From Acidimicrobiia bacterium (GTDB taxonomy: Bacteria; Actinomycetota; Acidimicrobiia; Spongiisociales; ZC4RG35), in assembly GCA_965215185.1 (NCBI GenBank), contig OZ244034.1, positions 1,344,001 through 1,408,000 on the forward strand: a stretch of DNA of 64,000 bases. Direction: 5' to 3'. Of this stretch, positions 1 to 9,743 are shown one piece after another. Every line of letters starts with the position of its first letter. Position 1 is the first letter of the stretch. The notes beneath the pieces were generated by a model. The model made no database searches and was not told where the DNA came from. It saw only the letters and a program-made list of their open reading frames with translations. Made by a program: the position numbers and the translations under genes.

Positions 1-300
1 CACTGCTCCGGCGATGCGGGTGACCACCACCTGGTTCTGCAGCAGGAACCCCGAGATAGAAGTTGCCCCTGCTCCCTGCGCCACGAAGATGATGGTGAAA
101 CCGACCACGAACAACAGGGTGGCTTGGAGCATCTTGGCGGTAGAGGCCTCCCCCTTTTGCAAGTCGGCCACCGAGTACCCCGACACCATCGCCAGATATC
201 CGGGCAGAAGCGGGAGGACGCAAGGGGAAATGAAAGCCAACAGGCCCCCTCCAAACGCCACCGCCAACTGCAACGCCAATGCCATGTCCAAAAAGTTCAT
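1..300 (-). CDS. ccdA: cytochrome c biogenesis protein CcdA (5' part; runs off window)
   Basis: Manual translation MNFLDMALALQLAVAFGGGLLAFISPCVLPLLPGYL...LFVVGFTIIFVAQGAGAT has the CcdA/DsbD SPCVLP motif; not in the supplied ORF track. Confidence 0.9.
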   Translation of the reverse strand, partial: MNFLDMALALQLAVAFGGGLLAFISPCVLPLLPGYLAMVSGYSVADLQKGEASTAKMLQATLLFVVGFTIIFVAQGAGATSISGFLLQNQVVVTRIAGAV

Positions 301-356
301 CCAAGTGCCTTCCGCGGGCCTATCAATGCGGGCAAATCCTTGCTCCGAACCCGATT

Positions 357-1679
357 TTACCTATTCGCGCCAATCCATGGAGTCAATCCCCGCCGAGCCC
401 CCCACGCCAACACCAGGAACCGGACGACGATCATCGCGATGATTGCCCACCACACTCCCGACAGCCCCCCTCCCACCACATCCGAGAGCCACAACACCGC
501 GGCGGCCACCACCAGGCCCGCCGCGGTGGAAACGGCCAGCAGACGGACCGCCAGCACCGCCATGAACACCCCGTCGGCGACAAACACCAAAGCAGCCACC
601 GGCTGCATCAACGCCGCGTGCGGTACCACCCCGGTCACCGCCCCCGCCACCGCCGGATCGTCGGTGAACCAGCCGCCCAGCCTGGGACCCACCATCAACA
701 GCAGGGCAGCGATCAGCACTCCCATCAAAAGTCCCCACCACACCAGGCGCTTGGTCACCTGGTGCGCTCCATCCGAATCCCGGCGCCCGGTACAGGATGC
801 CACCAGCGACTGGCCGGCGATGGCCAACGAATCGAGCGTGAAAGCACACAGCGCCCACACCTGGATCGCGATCTGGTGGGCCGCCACCTCCACCGTCCCC
901 ACCCGGGCGGAGGCGGCGACGGTCAGGGTGAGGGTTCCCACCAAGAACACCGACCGCAACGCCAATACGCCTCCCGTCCTCCAAAACCCGAGAATCCCGC
1001 TCCAGCCCACCACCCGAGACGACCATTGGTCCCGGCGGGCTCGCCGAGAAAGGAGCAGAAGAAAGCCCCCGGTTCCCAGCCACTGAGCGCAGACCGTGGC
1101 CCACGCTGCTCCGGCCAGACCCCATCCCAGCCCGAAGATGAGCAGCGGATCCAACAGAGCATTGAAGATGTTGATCCCCACCGACACCCACATCGGGGTG
1201 CGGGTGTCCTCGTAACCCCGGTAAATCCCGTGGGAAACCAGATTCAAGAGGGCGGCGGGAAAAGCCAAGGCACGGATGCGCAGGTATTCCACAGCCGGCG
1301 CCGCCACCTCCGGGGTTGCCTGCATGAGATCGACCAAAGGGCCCGAAGCAGTCCAAAACAGGATGATTCCCAGCATTCCCAGACCCCCAGCGGTAACCAA
1401 TGCCTGGTTCACCACCCGTACTGCCCCAACCCGGTCCCCTCGGCCGAGGCTTTGGGCGACCATGGGAGTCGTGACGAAGGCCAAAGAATTGCAGACCGCG
1501 AAAGCCATCCCGAACAAGGCGGCATCCACCCCCAAGGCTGCCAATTCCACCCTCCCCAGGCGGCCCACGAAGGCCGTGTCCACTAAAGAGAGCAGAGGAT
1601 CGGCGACCAGGGCGGCCAAGGCGGGAGCTGCCAGTGCCAGAATCCGGCGGTCCCATCTTCGACCAGGGTGTCGCATCAC
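357..1679 (-). CDS. MATE family efflux transporter (DinF-like)
   Basis: About 12 hydrophobic segments; ILALAAP..DPLLSLVDTAFVGRLG; RGYEDTRTP; GLAGAAWAT; AAHQIA. Confidence 0.93.
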   Translation of the reverse strand: MMRHPGRRWDRRILALAAPALAALVADPLLSLVDTAFVGRLGRVELAALGVDAALFGMAFAVCNSLAFVTTPMVAQSLGRGDRVGAVRVVNQALVTAGGLGMLGIILFWTASGPLVDLMQATPEVAAPAVEYLRIRALAFPAALLNLVSHGIYRGYEDTRTPMWVSVGINIFNALLDPLLIFGLGWGLAGAAWATVCAQWLGTGGFLLLLSRRARRDQWSSRVVGWSGILGFWRTGGVLALRSVFLVGTLTLTVAASARVGTVEVAAHQIAIQVWALCAFTLDSLAIAGQSLVASCTGRRDSDGAHQVTKRLVWWGLLMGVLIAALLLMVGPRLGGWFTDDPAVAGAVTGVVPHAALMQPVAALVFVADGVFMAVLAVRLLAVSTAAGLVVAAAVLWLSDVVGGGLSGVWWAIIAMIVVRFLVLAWGARRGLTPWIGANR

Positions 1680-1719
1680 GGGCGGCGCCCCGCTCTCACC
1701 CGGTGGGAACGATCGGATC

Positions 1720-2397
1720 TCAGGAGCGGGCCGGCCAGTCGCACAGGCCGTCGAACATCATCTCGCACTCGCCGCAACGAGGGGAACGGGCATCGCAAAC
1801 ATCCCGTCCGAATTGGATGAACCTCATCGAGATACCGGTCCATGCCTTGGTCGGATAAAGCGCCTTGAGGTCCATTTCAATCTTGGCGGGATCGGTCTGG
1901 ACCGTCAGCCCGATTCTTCCCGTGACCCGCCGGACATGGGTGTCAACCGCAATGGCGGGGATGCCAAAGGCCTCGGCCAGCACCACGCTGGCCGTCTTTC
2001 TTCCCACCCCCCGCAGGGTGACGAGTTCCTTCAGATCGGTGGGCACCACCCCCGCGAATCTCTCGGTCAAATCACGGGAGAGTTCCACGATGGCCCGCGC
2101 CTTCTGCCGGTAGAAACCCGTGGAGAAAACCGCACTCTCCACTTCCTCCAGATCGGCCTCGCCCAGATCCTGGGCAGTGGGCCACCGGTCAAACAACCCC
2201 GGGGTAACCCGGTTGACGTTTTCGTCGGTGGTTTGGGCCGACAAGACGGTGGAGACCAAAAGCTCCCACGGATTGCGGTAATCCAACGCCGTCCCCGAGG
2301 ATGGATAACGGCGGACGAGACGGTTGAGCACCGCCCGCGCCTTTCCTCGTTGGGCGGGGGTGGGCGCGCTACCGTCCGATAGGAACTTGGATGCCAC
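1720..2397 (-). CDS. nth: endonuclease III
   Basis: LSAQTTD, HhH LRGVGRKTA, AVDTHV, C-terminal 4-Cys Fe-S motif; GTG 2397 preferred over ORF-track start 2472. Confidence 0.93.
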   Translation of the reverse strand: MASKFLSDGSAPTPAQRGKARAVLNRLVRRYPSSGTALDYRNPWELLVSTVLSAQTTDENVNRVTPGLFDRWPTAQDLGEADLEEVESAVFSTGFYRQKARAIVELSRDLTERFAGVVPTDLKELVTLRGVGRKTASVVLAEAFGIPAIAVDTHVRRVTGRIGLTVQTDPAKIEMDLKALYPTKAWTGISMRFIQFGRDVCDARSPRCGECEMMFDGLCDWPARS

Positions 2398-2490
2398 TCG
2401 AACAGTGATGCTAGTTGCGCCATCTTCTCCCGGCGGGCGTAAAGTGACCAAGGAACCAACCAAACCCGTCACAATCGAACTCCCCGGTTA

Positions 2491-2970
2491 ATGGAAGAAC
2501 CCACCAACCTCGCCACCCAGCAACTGATCTCCGAGGTACGCCGCTACTACGGAGAGGGGTGCTTCGCCTGCGGCCAGAACAATCCTCACGGGCTTCGCAT
2601 GGAAGGCTTCCGAATCCGGGACGGCCATGCGGTCGCCGAATTCAATCCCCGCGCCGAACTGCGGGGAACCGAAGGCACCCTGCACGGGGGTGTCATCACC
2701 ACCACCCTCGATGAGATCTCGGTGTGGGCGGCGATCCTCACTTTGCATACCATGGCCGTCACCGGGCGTCTCGAGATCAAGTTCCACCGGCCCACATTGG
2801 TGGACGATCCCCATCTGTGGGCACGCGGCCGAGTGGAGGAACACCGCGGGCGCCGCCTGATAATCAATGCTCAACTGCTGTCGGGGGCCACCGTGTGCGC
2901 CTCTTCGAAGGGACTCTTTCTAGCCACCCAAAGCCTCGAGGAAATGGGTATCCGGATACCAATAGAGTGA
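2491..2970 (+). CDS. PaaI family (hotdog-fold) thioesterase
   Basis: CFACGQNNPHGL and LHGGVITTTLDE motifs. Confidence 0.88.
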   Translation: MEEPTNLATQQLISEVRRYYGEGCFACGQNNPHGLRMEGFRIRDGHAVAEFNPRAELRGTEGTLHGGVITTTLDEISVWAAILTLHTMAVTGRLEIKFHRPTLVDDPHLWARGRVEEHRGRRLIINAQLLSGATVCASSKGLFLATQSLEEMGIRIPIE

Positions 2971-3013
2971 ATCTGCCCGCTTGAGTGTTCTCCCCAGCAG
3001 GCAAGCGACGCGC

Positions 3014-3295
3014 TTAGTTCGAAAGTGACCCTCGTTCTTCCTGCTCCGACCAACGAAGACCCCGCCGGGCGAGACGGATGGCCACCGCCACCGCACCCAT
3101 ACCAACTCCCACCAAGCCGGTCAGTCGCACCACCGCCAGATAAGGAGCCGAACACAGCCAAACTCCCTCCGGGCATATTCCGAAACCGCTCCCGCCCCGA
3201 GCCAGGTCCAAGGCGGCCAGCACGGGGATCACCGCCAAGACAATGGCCATCACCACCAGTCCACCAATCAGCACACGGAAAAACCCAGGGGTCAT
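3014..3295 (-). CDS. small two-TM hypothetical membrane protein with Cys pair in loop
   Basis: Two hydrophobic helices flanking GICPEGVWLC; fills gap between paaI and thyX. Confidence 0.6.
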   Translation of the reverse strand: MTPGFFRVLIGGLVVMAIVLAVIPVLAALDLARGGSGFGICPEGVWLCSAPYLAVVRLTGLVGVGMGAVAVAIRLARRGLRWSEQEERGSLSN

Positions 3296-3357
3296 ATCCC
3301 ATAAAGGTACCCGCCATTTACAGCACAGCCGTGCCCATTCATATCATTACTGGCTCA

Positions 3358-4977
3358 ATGGACTACTACCACGAGTCCTTCTCCGAGCAGGAGCGGGCGC
3401 TGCTGAGCCGCTTCTTCACCAACCTGGACGGCCCGGTGTTCGCCCTGGTCAACCTTCCCGAGGTGGTAAAGGGCGCCCTCTTCGCCCGCTACAGCCGCAC
3501 CCACAAGTCGCTGCGGCGGCTTTTTTTGGACGAGTTCGTCACCGATCCCGCGGTTGGAATCGAGGCCATCGCCACCGAAATGAGCCAAGACGATCCCCTC
3601 ATCAAACTAAAGCGGGCCGAAGAACTGTATAAGCGGGTCTTCTACGAGTACGGGGACGACTCGGTGGCACAGTTGGGAGGAGTGCATCTAGCCTGCGAGC
3701 AAGCGTCCAATCTGTTGACCAAAGTGTTGGAATGGGGCCGTCTGGCCGCCTATCTGGAACAATCCACCCGCTACATCGCCTACGACCAGCCCCTGGGAGG
3801 CAAGTACCGGTTTTTCCTTCCTTCCGAGATCGAGGCGTCCCATTTGCGGAAGGATTATCTGTCCATGATGAACGGGCTGTTCGACACCTACCGAGAGATG
3901 GTCCGGGTGATGATTGAGCATTTCTCGCAACGCCATCCTCGCCGTCCAGAGGACCCGGCCTGGGTGCATCGGGCTGCCATCCGCGCCAAAGCCTTCGACT
4001 CGGTGAGGGGACTGCTGCCTGCCTCCACCATCTCCAATGTGGGTATCTACGGCACCGGGCAGGCTTACGAAATGGCACTGATCCGCATGCAGGCTCACCC
4101 TCTGGCTGAAGTACGTGACTACGGATCGATGATGCTCTCAGAACTGCGCAAGGTGATCCCCTCCTTTCTAACCCGGGTGGATCTCCCCGACCGGGGGGTG
4201 GCGTGGAGCCGCTATCTCTCCGACACCACTTCCCGCCTGGAGGAGATGGCCGACCGTTTGGGTTTACAGCCTGTCGAGGGGGCGGAGGTGACCCTCACCG
4301 ACTGGGACCCCGACGCAGAGCGGAAACTGGCCGCCGCGGCCTTGTACGGGGTGTCGGAGCTTTCCGACACCCAGTTGCAGGAGGCCGTGGATCGGATGTC
4401 GCCCTCCCAAATCACCCATTTGATCGCCGCCCTGGTGGGAGACCGCGGTAATCGACGGCACAAACCGGGCCGGGCTTTGGAACGCAGCTATTACCGCTTC
4501 GATGTCACCTGCGACTTCGGCGCCTTTCGCGATCTGCAACGCCACCGGATGATGACTATCGAATGGCAGCCGCTCACCGCCCGGCTGGGCTACCAGCGGC
4601 CCGCGGAGCTCTCAGACGCCGGCCTCGAGAAGGTCTGGGCCGACGCGTTGGACCGGGCCGGGGAGTTCTATGAGCAGTTACGGGAAACCCTGGGTCGGCA
4701 GGTCGCCCAGTATGCGGTGCCCTTCGCCTACCGGATCAGGTTCATGATGGAGATGAATGCCCGCCAGGCCCTGCATCTCATCGAACTTCGCACCCAACCG
4801 GCCGGCCACCCCAGCTACCGGCAGGTGTGCATAGAGATGCACCGCCAGATCGCGGAGAAGGCCGGACATACCAGGATCGCCGAAGCCTTCACCTTCCTGA
4901 ATACCCAGGGCGTAGACCTGGAAAGATTGGAGTCAGAACGCCGTTCCGCGCGACGCGCCGCGAAGCGACAACAGTAG
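3358..4977 (+). CDS. thyX: FAD-dependent thymidylate synthase, tandem two-domain type
   Basis: GALFARYSR, EYGDDSVAQL, LEQSTRY, RDLQRHRM, LIELRTQPAGH; ATG 3358 (upstream part of ORF-track call is antisense to the neighbour). Confidence 0.92.
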   Translation: MDYYHESFSEQERALLSRFFTNLDGPVFALVNLPEVVKGALFARYSRTHKSLRRLFLDEFVTDPAVGIEAIATEMSQDDPLIKLKRAEELYKRVFYEYGDDSVAQLGGVHLACEQASNLLTKVLEWGRLAAYLEQSTRYIAYDQPLGGKYRFFLPSEIEASHLRKDYLSMMNGLFDTYREMVRVMIEHFSQRHPRRPEDPAWVHRAAIRAKAFDSVRGLLPASTISNVGIYGTGQAYEMALIRMQAHPLAEVRDYGSMMLSELRKVIPSFLTRVDLPDRGVAWSRYLSDTTSRLEEMADRLGLQPVEGAEVTLTDWDPDAERKLAAAALYGVSELSDTQLQEAVDRMSPSQITHLIAALVGDRGNRRHKPGRALERSYYRFDVTCDFGAFRDLQRHRMMTIEWQPLTARLGYQRPAELSDAGLEKVWADALDRAGEFYEQLRETLGRQVAQYAVPFAYRIRFMMEMNARQALHLIELRTQPAGHPSYRQVCIEMHRQIAEKAGHTRIAEAFTFLNTQGVDLERLESERRSARRAAKRQQ

Positions 4978-4984
4978 GAGTGGG

Positions 4985-5206
4985 CTAGCCCCCGCCTCCC
5001 AACGGAGTCCGCAGCACCAGGTGGCCGTCCTCCACCGACCACTTGGCGGCCCCCACCAGGGAGTAGTCCAAGAAGTCTTCCTCAGCCTGTTTTAGGAACC
5101 GGCGGCGTTCCTCACCGGCCACCGGTGGAAGGGAACGATTCCTCACCGCTTCCGCCCGCGTCCGAAACCGCGCGATCAACGCATCAACATCAAGTTGCTC
5201 AGCCAT
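4985..5206 (-). CDS. small hypothetical protein (73 aa)
   Basis: MAEQLDVDALIARFRTRAEAVRNRSLPPVAGEERRRFLKQAEEDFLDY; protein-like composition, TATTCT hexamer just upstream. Confidence 0.75.
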   Translation of the reverse strand: MAEQLDVDALIARFRTRAEAVRNRSLPPVAGEERRRFLKQAEEDFLDYSLVGAAKWSVEDGHLVLRTPLGGGG

Positions 5207-5381
5207 ATCACAAAGAAGAATACCCCTGACACGCTCCAACCTATTCAGGTTAAGCAACATCTGAGAGAAACGACGATACCCAAGCGTTTTGCTTGCAGAT
5301 GTGCATGCAAAGCTCTGCTGCGCATTTCCCGGTTGCCCCTGAGCCATTGGGGTCTTCTAAGTTCGCACCCCTTTTCGTCTC

Positions 5382-8300
5382 TTAAGCAACTACCGAGTCG
5401 GCGCCCAGCAACTGTTGGAGTTCGGCGACCATCTGTGGGTCTCCGCTCACTTTCGGTTTGGAGGTGTAGAAGTGAGCGCCGCTTTCCTTGATGTGGAACA
5501 CCACGCGTTTTGCTCCCGGATATCGACGTAACACCTCTCGCAGCTTGTGGGCGTTGTCCCGTTCGCTCACAAAGCTCATGCTCAAACTGATATCCAGCGA
5601 GGGAGGGGCCGGTTGCAGCAGTTGCACCTTGGCGCAGATCAACTGCACTCCGTCTTCTCGTCGGTCCACCCGGCCGGAAATCACCACCATCTGGTCCACT
5701 GCCAGTATGTCCCCACTGCGTTTTACCACCTGAGGAAAGACCACCACCTCCGTCTCGCCCTCCAGGTCCTCCATGGTCAACACCATCATCCGGTCGCCCT
5801 TGCGGGTCCACTTGGTCACTGCCTTAACGATCAGTCCCGCGACCTTCACCTTGGACTGGTCGGGATAATCCTCCAAGGCGGTGGTGACCGCATCGGCGGC
5901 CGCTCGCAAGTCACGGGCCTTTTCCGCCAAGGGATGATCGGAGAGATACAATCCCAGCATCTCTTTTTCGAAACCGAGGCGCACCTGCTTGTCCCACTGC
6001 CGGTCAGAGATGTCGGGCAAGGTGAGATCGGGCAGTCCCCCGCCGCCGAACAAGGAGAACTGGCCGGATTCTTCGCTGCGACGGCGGTCCACCACCGAAT
6101 CAACTATCAAGGCAAGCACCTCGGTCAGGCCCCGACGGGTGTGACCCAGGCCGTCGAATCCCCCCGCCTTGACCAGCGAATCCAGGGTGTTACGCCGCAG
6201 AGCTTCCACCGCCACCTTTTCGCAGAAGTCCACAAAGCTGCGGAAATGACCCTTCTCTTCGCGCGCCTCGATGATCTTTTCGGCCACCGATTCGCCCAAG
6301 TTGCGGATGGCGGATAGCCCGACCCGTATGCTCCCCGACCGCACCACATAGTCCATTCCCGACTCATTGACATCGGGCACTTTGACGGATAGCCCCATCC
6401 GCCGACACTCCCTGAGGTACATGGCGGTGCGATCCCGGTTGCTCTTGGAGGAGGTGAGCAGAGCCGCCATGTACTCAGCCGGATGGTTCGCCTTCAGGTA
6501 GGCGGTCTGATACGCTATCAGTCCGTAGCAGGCCGAATGCGACTTGTTGAATCCGTAACCAGCGAAGTGGCTGATCAGCCCGAATAGCTCTCGGCCGGTG
6601 GACCGGTCGTACCCCTGGGATACACAACCCTCCACGAATTTCTCCTCCTCGGCGTCCATCACCGCCTGGATCTTCTTGCCCATCGCCTTGCGGAGATTGT
6701 CGGCCTCCTCCATGGTGTATCCGGCCATGGTTCGGGAGACTTCCATCACCTGCTCCTGGTAAACGAGGATCTGGTAGGTGGAGTCCAACAAATCCGTCAA
6801 GGTGGGGTGAAGGGGCTCTACCGAAGCGCGGCCGGTCTTTCGATCGGCATAGAGGTTGTGCATATTGGCGCCCATGGGACCGGGCCGATAGAGGGCCACC
6901 AACGCCACCACGTCGTCGAAGCGATCGGGACGCAGACGTTGAATCAGAGTTCTCATCTGCTCACCCTCGAGTTGAAATACTCCAATGGTCTGGGCCGCCT
7001 GTAGCAGCTTGAAAGTGGCGGGGTCATTCAGGGGGATGTGATCGACGTCGGGCCGGTGTCCGGTCGCCTCCTCCACCAGATCAAGAGTCCGCTCGATGGT
7101 GGAAAGATTGCGAAGTCCCAGAAAGTCCATCTTCAGAAGCCCGAGTTCTTCTACCGCCCCCATCTCGTACTGGGTAACCACCTCCGCGTTCTTGCCCTTC
7201 TGCTGGACAGGAACCAACTCGGTCATCGGAACCGGCGAGATCACCACCCCGGCGGCGTGGATGGAATCCTGGCGCCGCAGGCCCTCCAGCCCCCGGGCGG
7301 CGTCGATCACCTTGCGGGCATCCGGGTCGGTGTTGTAGAACTCACGCAGACCAGCCGCGTTGGCGTACCAATCTTTTACTATCCCGTCACTGTTGGGAGG
7401 GGGTGCATTGAGACACTGGTTAAGGGAAGGTTCCTTGCCCAGAATGGCCGAGGGCATCTGTTTGGCCAACTGGTCTCCTACCCGGTACTCGTAGCCGTAG
7501 ACCCGGGCGGCGTCGCGGATCGCCTGCTTGCCTTTGATGGTGGCGAAGGTGACTATCTGCGCCACATGGTCCGAGCCGTACCGCTCCCGCACATATTCGA
7601 TGATCTCGCCGCGATAGCGCTCGTCGAAATCGATGTCGATGTCCGGCATCGCCGCCCGCCCGGGATTGAGGAATCGTTCGAAAATCAACCCGTACTCCAG
7701 AGGGTCGATTTGGGTGATCTCCAGGCAATAGGAGACCATGGAACCCGCCGCCGAACCTCGCCCAGGGCCGGTTCTGATGCCTCGATGCCGCGCCTCGCGG
7801 ATCAGGTCCCAGATGATCAGAAAATAGGTTTCGAAGCCCATCTCCGCGATAACTCCCAACTCGTAGTGGATCCGCTCTGAGACCGCGGTGGACACCTGAC
7901 CGGCATACCGCTTCCGGGCGCCCTCCCACACCAGGTCCTGCAGGTAGGAAGAGTGGGTTCGGCCGGCAGGGGTGGGAAAGTCGGGCAGAAGCAGTTTCCC
8001 CATCTCCATTCGGACATCAACTCGCTCGGCCACCCGCAGCGTGTTGTCACAGGCGCCTGGGTATAGGTCTGCCGGAAACAGTTCCCGCATGCTGCTGGCC
8101 GGCTTGATATAGAACTCCTGGGTACCAAAACGCAGCCTGTTTTCGTCGGAGAGATTGGAGCCGGTGTTGATGCAGAGCAGCACATCGTGGGTCTCTGCCT
8201 CATCAGGTCGGGTGTAGTGCGAATCGTTGGTCGCCAAAAGCGGGGCGCCCACCCGTTTGGCGAGTTTCACCAATTCGGGAAGCAGGCCACGTTGCTGCGG

Positions 8301-8885
8301 CAGGTTGTGATCCATGATCTCTATGAAGTAATTCTCCCGCCCGAAGATGTCTTGATACTCTGCCGCGGTCCGTGCCGCGGTATTCGGGTCGAAGACCTCC
8401 CGGCTGCCGCCTTCCTCGGTGACCAGGCCCGGCGCCAGATGCGAGGAGACCTCTCCGCTCAAACACCCCGATGTGGCAATGATCCCTTCGGCGTGGGCCG
8501 CCAGCAGCTCTCGGTCGGCTCGAGGCTTGTACCAATAGCCATCCAAAAAGGCCTTGCTGCTGATCTCGATCAAGTTGTGATAGCCGATGTCGTTGTGGGC
8601 TAGGAGGGTGATATGGTGGCGGACGTTTTGCCCTCCGGTCGGGCGGTCGAACCGCGACCCCGGCGTGATATAGGCCTCCATGCCCAGAATGGGTTTGATC
8701 CCCGCCTCCAGCGCCGCCCGATAAAACTCCACTGCCCCATAGAGGACCCCATGATCGGTCATCGCTACCGCCGGCTGGCGGTCGGCGGCTACCGCCGCCA
8801 TGATCTCCCCCACCCGGGCGGCGCCATCCAACATGGAGTATTCAGTGTGCAGGTGAAGATGGGCGAAACTTTCCGAGCCGCTCAT
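5382..8885 (-). CDS. dnaE: DNA polymerase III alpha subunit
   Basis: PHP HLHLHTEYSMLDG, GRGSAAGS, PDIDIDF, KMDFLGL, YGFNKSH, OB fold; ATG 8885 overlaps rhomboid stop (ATGA). Confidence 0.97.
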   Translation of the reverse strand: MSGSESFAHLHLHTEYSMLDGAARVGEIMAAVAADRQPAVAMTDHGVLYGAVEFYRAALEAGIKPILGMEAYITPGSRFDRPTGGQNVRHHITLLAHNDIGYHNLIEISSKAFLDGYWYKPRADRELLAAHAEGIIATSGCLSGEVSSHLAPGLVTEEGGSREVFDPNTAARTAAEYQDIFGRENYFIEIMDHNLPQQRGLLPELVKLAKRVGAPLLATNDSHYTRPDEAETHDVLLCINTGSNLSDENRLRFGTQEFYIKPASSMRELFPADLYPGACDNTLRVAERVDVRMEMGKLLLPDFPTPAGRTHSSYLQDLVWEGARKRYAGQVSTAVSERIHYELGVIAEMGFETYFLIIWDLIREARHRGIRTGPGRGSAAGSMVSYCLEITQIDPLEYGLIFERFLNPGRAAMPDIDIDFDERYRGEIIEYVRERYGSDHVAQIVTFATIKGKQAIRDAARVYGYEYRVGDQLAKQMPSAILGKEPSLNQCLNAPPPNSDGIVKDWYANAAGLREFYNTDPDARKVIDAARGLEGLRRQDSIHAAGVVISPVPMTELVPVQQKGKNAEVVTQYEMGAVEELGLLKMDFLGLRNLSTIERTLDLVEEATGHRPDVDHIPLNDPATFKLLQAAQTIGVFQLEGEQMRTLIQRLRPDRFDDVVALVALYRPGPMGANMHNLYADRKTGRASVEPLHPTLTDLLDSTYQILVYQEQVMEVSRTMAGYTMEEADNLRKAMGKKIQAVMDAEEEKFVEGCVSQGYDRSTGRELFGLISHFAGYGFNKSHSACYGLIAYQTAYLKANHPAEYMAALLTSSKSNRDRTAMYLRECRRMGLSVKVPDVNESGMDYVVRSGSIRVGLSAIRNLGESVAEKIIEAREEKGHFRSFVDFCEKVAVEALRRNTLDSLVKAGGFDGLGHTRRGLTEVLALIVDSVVDRRRSEESGQFSLFGGGGLPDLTLPDISDRQWDKQVRLGFEKEMLGLYLSDHPLAEKARDLRAAADAVTTALEDYPDQSKVKVAGLIVKAVTKWTRKGDRMMVLTMEDLEGETEVVVFPQVVKRSGDILAVDQMVVISGRVDRREDGVQLICAKVQLLQPAPPSLDISLSMSFVSERDNAHKLREVLRRYPGAKRVVFHIKESGAHFYTSKPKVSGDPQMVAELQQLLGADSVVA

Positions 8886-9724
8886 ATCACCAGAATGCTC
8901 CCTCCCAGGATGATTGCCGCGACTACCGCCAGCACCCCCACCGCCAACGCCGAAACCGTCAGCGCCAGGACGCGGTGACCACGCCGACGCTGTGCAGACC
9001 ACAAGAACCCGATGAGCAGTCCGCCGACCAGTCCTCCCAGGTGAGCCTCCCAGGCAATGTTGGGAAGGATCAATGGAAGGGCAAAGTTGATGGCCAGCAG
9101 TATCCCCATTTGTGAAAGGATCCGTCTGCCGAAATAGGTGTGGCGCAGCCGGTAGGCACCGGCCAGCCACACCCCGAACAGACCGAAAATGGCGCCAGAA
9201 GCGCCGATGGAGACGGTGAGAGGATGCGAGAACCAGTAGACGAACAAGCTTCCCGCCGCCGCCGAGGAAAGGTAGATCACCAGAAACGGCGCCGCCCCCG
9301 ACTCTCGCTCGATCTGGGGGCCGAAAACATACAGCGCCCACATGTTGAACAGGATGTGCAACATCGACCCATGGAGCAGTACCGCGGTGATCATCCTCCA
9401 CCACTGTCCGACCGAGACTCCCAGGTTCCACATGGCCAACTCGTTGATCAGCTCGTTTTCGAGTCCCGGCCACAGCCAACCGATCACATAGACCGAGCCG
9501 GTTATCACCAGCAAAACGGTGGTAACCGGCGGAAGCCCCGTCCGGCTCTTCACACTGCGGATGTTGCGTTGAGCCTGCCCCATACATTCAGGGCACTTCT
9601 GCCCCACCGCGGCATCGCGTGAACAGGATGTGCAAATGGGACGATCACAACCGCTGCACGCCAGCCGGGTGGGGCGTCCGGGGTGCCGATAACAGTGAGC
9701 AGCGGCCGAATGGTCGGAAGTCAA
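8882..9724 (-). CDS. rhomboid protease with N-terminal zinc-finger (B-box-like) domain
   Basis: CYRHP..CSGCDRPICTSC; WWR, HILFNM, catalytic GASG, AHLGG. Confidence 0.92.
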   Translation of the reverse strand: MTSDHSAAAHCYRHPGRPTRLACSGCDRPICTSCSRDAAVGQKCPECMGQAQRNIRSVKSRTGLPPVTTVLLVITGSVYVIGWLWPGLENELINELAMWNLGVSVGQWWRMITAVLLHGSMLHILFNMWALYVFGPQIERESGAAPFLVIYLSSAAAGSLFVYWFSHPLTVSIGASGAIFGLFGVWLAGAYRLRHTYFGRRILSQMGILLAINFALPLILPNIAWEAHLGGLVGGLLIGFLWSAQRRRGHRVLALTVSALAVGVLAVVAAIILGGSILVI

Positions 9725-9743
9725 AACAACACCGAGAGTAACT

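Noticed and set aside
8886-9587. 1401-aa DnaE with N-terminal extension, or an intein in dnaE
   Set aside because: The extension is an alternative frame of the rhomboid gene; the real protein is a normal ~1167 aa with no intein motifs seen
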